Positions 62,231-64,000 of a stretch of DNA of 64,000 nt are shown here, one piece after another. The DNA comes from Pseudomonadota bacterium (GTDB lineage: Bacteria; Pseudomonadota; Gammaproteobacteria; Burkholderiales; Methylophilaceae). Position 1 is the stretch's first letter, and each line of letters begins with the position of its first letter. A program made the position numbers and the translations under genes. The stretch is from the NCBI GenBank assembly GCA_041165405.1, contig JBEANL010000002.1, forward strand, positions 25,996-89,995. Direction: 5' to 3'. Below the pieces are notes generated by a model. It had not been told where the DNA came from. It saw nothing but the letters and a program-made list of their open reading frames with translations, and did no database searches.

Positions 62231-62289
62231 GTTTTTAAATGCATTGAATCCACAGTTAATTGACGATATAGTCATTTCAACTTTAATTA

Positions 62290-63051
62290 ATGTTTAATGC
62301 ATTCATGGACGATCAGCAACTTCTTCGATATAGCCGTCATATCTTATTACCTGATATTGAGTATGGGGGGCAAGAAAAACTTCTTCATAGTCATATTCTA
62401 ATTGTAGGTGCAGGGGGGTTAGGTGCGCCCATTGCCATGTATTGTGCCGCTGCCGGTATTGGAAAAATAACCATATGTGATTTTGATGATGTAGATTTAA
62501 GTAATCTTCAAAGACAAATTATTCATGACACACAATCAGTAGGTATTAATAAAGCTTCTTCAGCAAAACAATTTATTCAATTGCTTAATCCAGATATAGA
62601 TGTGATTGCAGTGACAGAAAAACAAACTGAAGCAAGTATGAAAGTGATTGCGAAAAATGTTGATGTCATTATTGATGGCTCAGATAATTTTGCGACACGT
62701 TATGCACTTAATCGAATTGCAGTGGAGTTAAAAAAACCTTTGGTTTCAGGTGCCGCTGTTGGATTTGAGGGTCAGATCAGTGTCTTTGATATGAGGCATG
62801 ACAAGAGCCCTTGTTATCATTGTTTATTCCCTGATACAGGTGACCGCAATGAAACGCGCTGTGCCGACAACGGTGTTTTTTCTCCTACTGTGGGTATGAT
62901 TGGTACTTCCCAAGCCGCTGAAGTGATGAAAATTATTTTAGGTATTGGCGAGTCTTTAGAGGGTCGCTTGCTATTGCTAGATGTGAAATCAATGCAATGG
63001 AAAAATATTCAACTTAAAAAAGATCCATCCTGCCCCGTATGTTCTAAGTGA
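62290..63051 (+). CDS. HesA/MoeB/ThiF family adenylyltransferase
   Basis: RYSRHILL, VGAGGLG, SNLQRQ, PCYHC, CPVC; MoeB versus ThiF role cannot be decided here. Confidence 0.93.
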   Translation: MFNAFMDDQQLLRYSRHILLPDIEYGGQEKLLHSHILIVGAGGLGAPIAMYCAAAGIGKITICDFDDVDLSNLQRQIIHDTQSVGINKASSAKQFIQLLNPDIDVIAVTEKQTEASMKVIAKNVDVIIDGSDNFATRYALNRIAVELKKPLVSGAAVGFEGQISVFDMRHDKSPCYHCLFPDTGDRNETRCADNGVFSPTVGMIGTSQAAEVMKIILGIGESLEGRLLLLDVKSMQWKNIQLKKDPSCPVCSK

Positions 63052-63141
63052 TTTTTTATGGCAGACATCTGCCATGAGGCCTGATATCACTTATCCCTAT
63101 GTTAAAATGAATCTTTAACAAATCCTCTATGTGTTTTATTC

Positions 63142-64000
63142 ATGGAAAATAATCTCTCGAAACCTTTTAGTCCAAAAGATATTGAAAGTCGTTGGTATGA
63201 CTTTTGGGAATCAAAGGGCTTTTATCAAGCGGGCTTAGATACAACACAAAAAAATTCATTTTGTATTTTATTGCCACCACCTAATGTAACGGGAACGTTA
63301 CATATGGGCCATGGATTTAATCAAACCCTTATGGATGCATTAACGCGTTATCACCGCATGAAGGGTGACAATACCCTATGGCAACCTGGTACTGATCACG
63401 CAGGTATTGCAACACAAATTGTGGTTGAAAGGCAGCTTGATAAAGAAGGTATTTCAAGACATGACTTAGGCCGAGAAAAGTTTTTAGAAAAAGTATGGGA
63501 ATGGAAAGCTTATTCAGGTGGCACGATCACAAAACAAATGCGTCGTCTAGGCACTTCGCCTGACTGGTCACGCGAGCGTTTCACGATGGACAAAGGTTTG
63601 TCAAAAACAGTCACTGAAACATTTGTAAGTTTATTTAAAGAAGGCCTTATCTATCGCGGCAAACGTTTAGTGAATTGGGATATTCAATTACAAACAGCTG
63701 TATCTGATTTAGAGGTCATTCAAGAAGAAGAGGATGGATTCTTGTGGCATATCCAATATCCACTTGCATCCGGTAAAGGCTACCTAACGGTTGCCACCAC
63801 AAGACCTGAAACGATGTTGGGTGACGTAGCGATTATGGTTCATCCCGAAGATGCGCGCTATCAAAAATTAGTTGGCCAAATGGTCAAACTTCCTTTATGT
63901 GATCGCGAAATTCCAATCATTGCAGATGATTATGTAGATCAGACATTTGGGACAGGTGTTGTTAAAGTGACACCCGCACACGACTTTAATGACTATGCAG
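63142..64000 (+). CDS. valS: Valine-tRNA ligase, 5' part (runs off the window; not in ORF track)
   Basis: Hand translation [19 protein letters not shown]...[14 protein letters not shown]...[10 protein letters not shown]...[11 protein letters not shown]...[16 protein letters not shown]. Confidence 0.97.
   Translation, partial: MENNLSKPFSPKDIESRWYDFWESKGFYQAGLDTTQKNSFCILLPPPNVTGTLHMGHGFNQTLMDALTRYHRMKGDNTLWQPGTDHAGIATQIVVERQLDKEGISRHDLGREKFLEKVWEWKAYSGGTITKQMRRLGTSPDWSRERFTMDKGLSKTVTETFVSLFKEGLIYRGKRLVNWDIQLQTAVSDLEVIQEEEDGFLWHIQYPLASGKGYLTVATTRPETMLGDVAIMVHPEDARYQKLVGQMVKLPLCDREIPIIADDYVDQTFGTGVVKVTPAHDFNDYA

Noticed and set aside
61922-62289. tRNA cluster as an integration site for an island or prophage
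   Set aside because: No integrase and no duplicated tRNA 3' end noticed; flanks are housekeeping genes

Overview
AT-rich, very gene-dense chromosomal segment of a betaproteobacterium. Protein style, short intergenic spaces and a lone gltA suggest a genome-streamlined Methylophilaceae (Methylopumilus/OM43-like); this taxonomy is inference, not a database result. Most of the window is housekeeping: gyrB 3' end, oxyR, aroQ-accB-accC-prmA, dsbD-tlpA, hemCD, argH, rph-rdgB-hemW, yicC-gmk-rpoZ-spoT-ridA-recG-ubiC-tonB-ubiA, rplM-rpsI, argC-bactofilin-erpA, gltA, anmK, tyrS, rimP-nusA-infB-rbfA-truB-rpsO-pnp, dksA, folD, tRNA-Pro/Arg/His, a MoeB/ThiF gene and the valS 5' end. An accessory-looking block at about 12.4-32.8 kb holds an RND efflux trio, VIT1, MarC and a complete microaerobic module (ccoI-S-N-O-Q-P-G-H, fnr, hemN, a TauE/DsbD_2 protein, ompW) with four FNR boxes. 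Reading by hand found genes missing from the ORF track: ccoS, a 53-aa secreted Ala/Lys/Pro peptide, a 46-aa ArfA-like basic protein, a DUF2788-like gene broken by an in-frame TAA, three tRNAs and valS. Best leads: a secreted two-EF-hand protein with lanmodulin-like loops and spacing, a membrane DUF2892 domain fused to a histone-like tail, a possibly Comamonadaceae-derived cbb3/FNR island with an uncharacterised radical SAM gene, a candidate sRNA in the ompW 3' UTR and a probable CTG start for recG. No CRISPR, IS, prophage or rRNA was seen, and no clearly new multi-gene system is proven from sequence alone.
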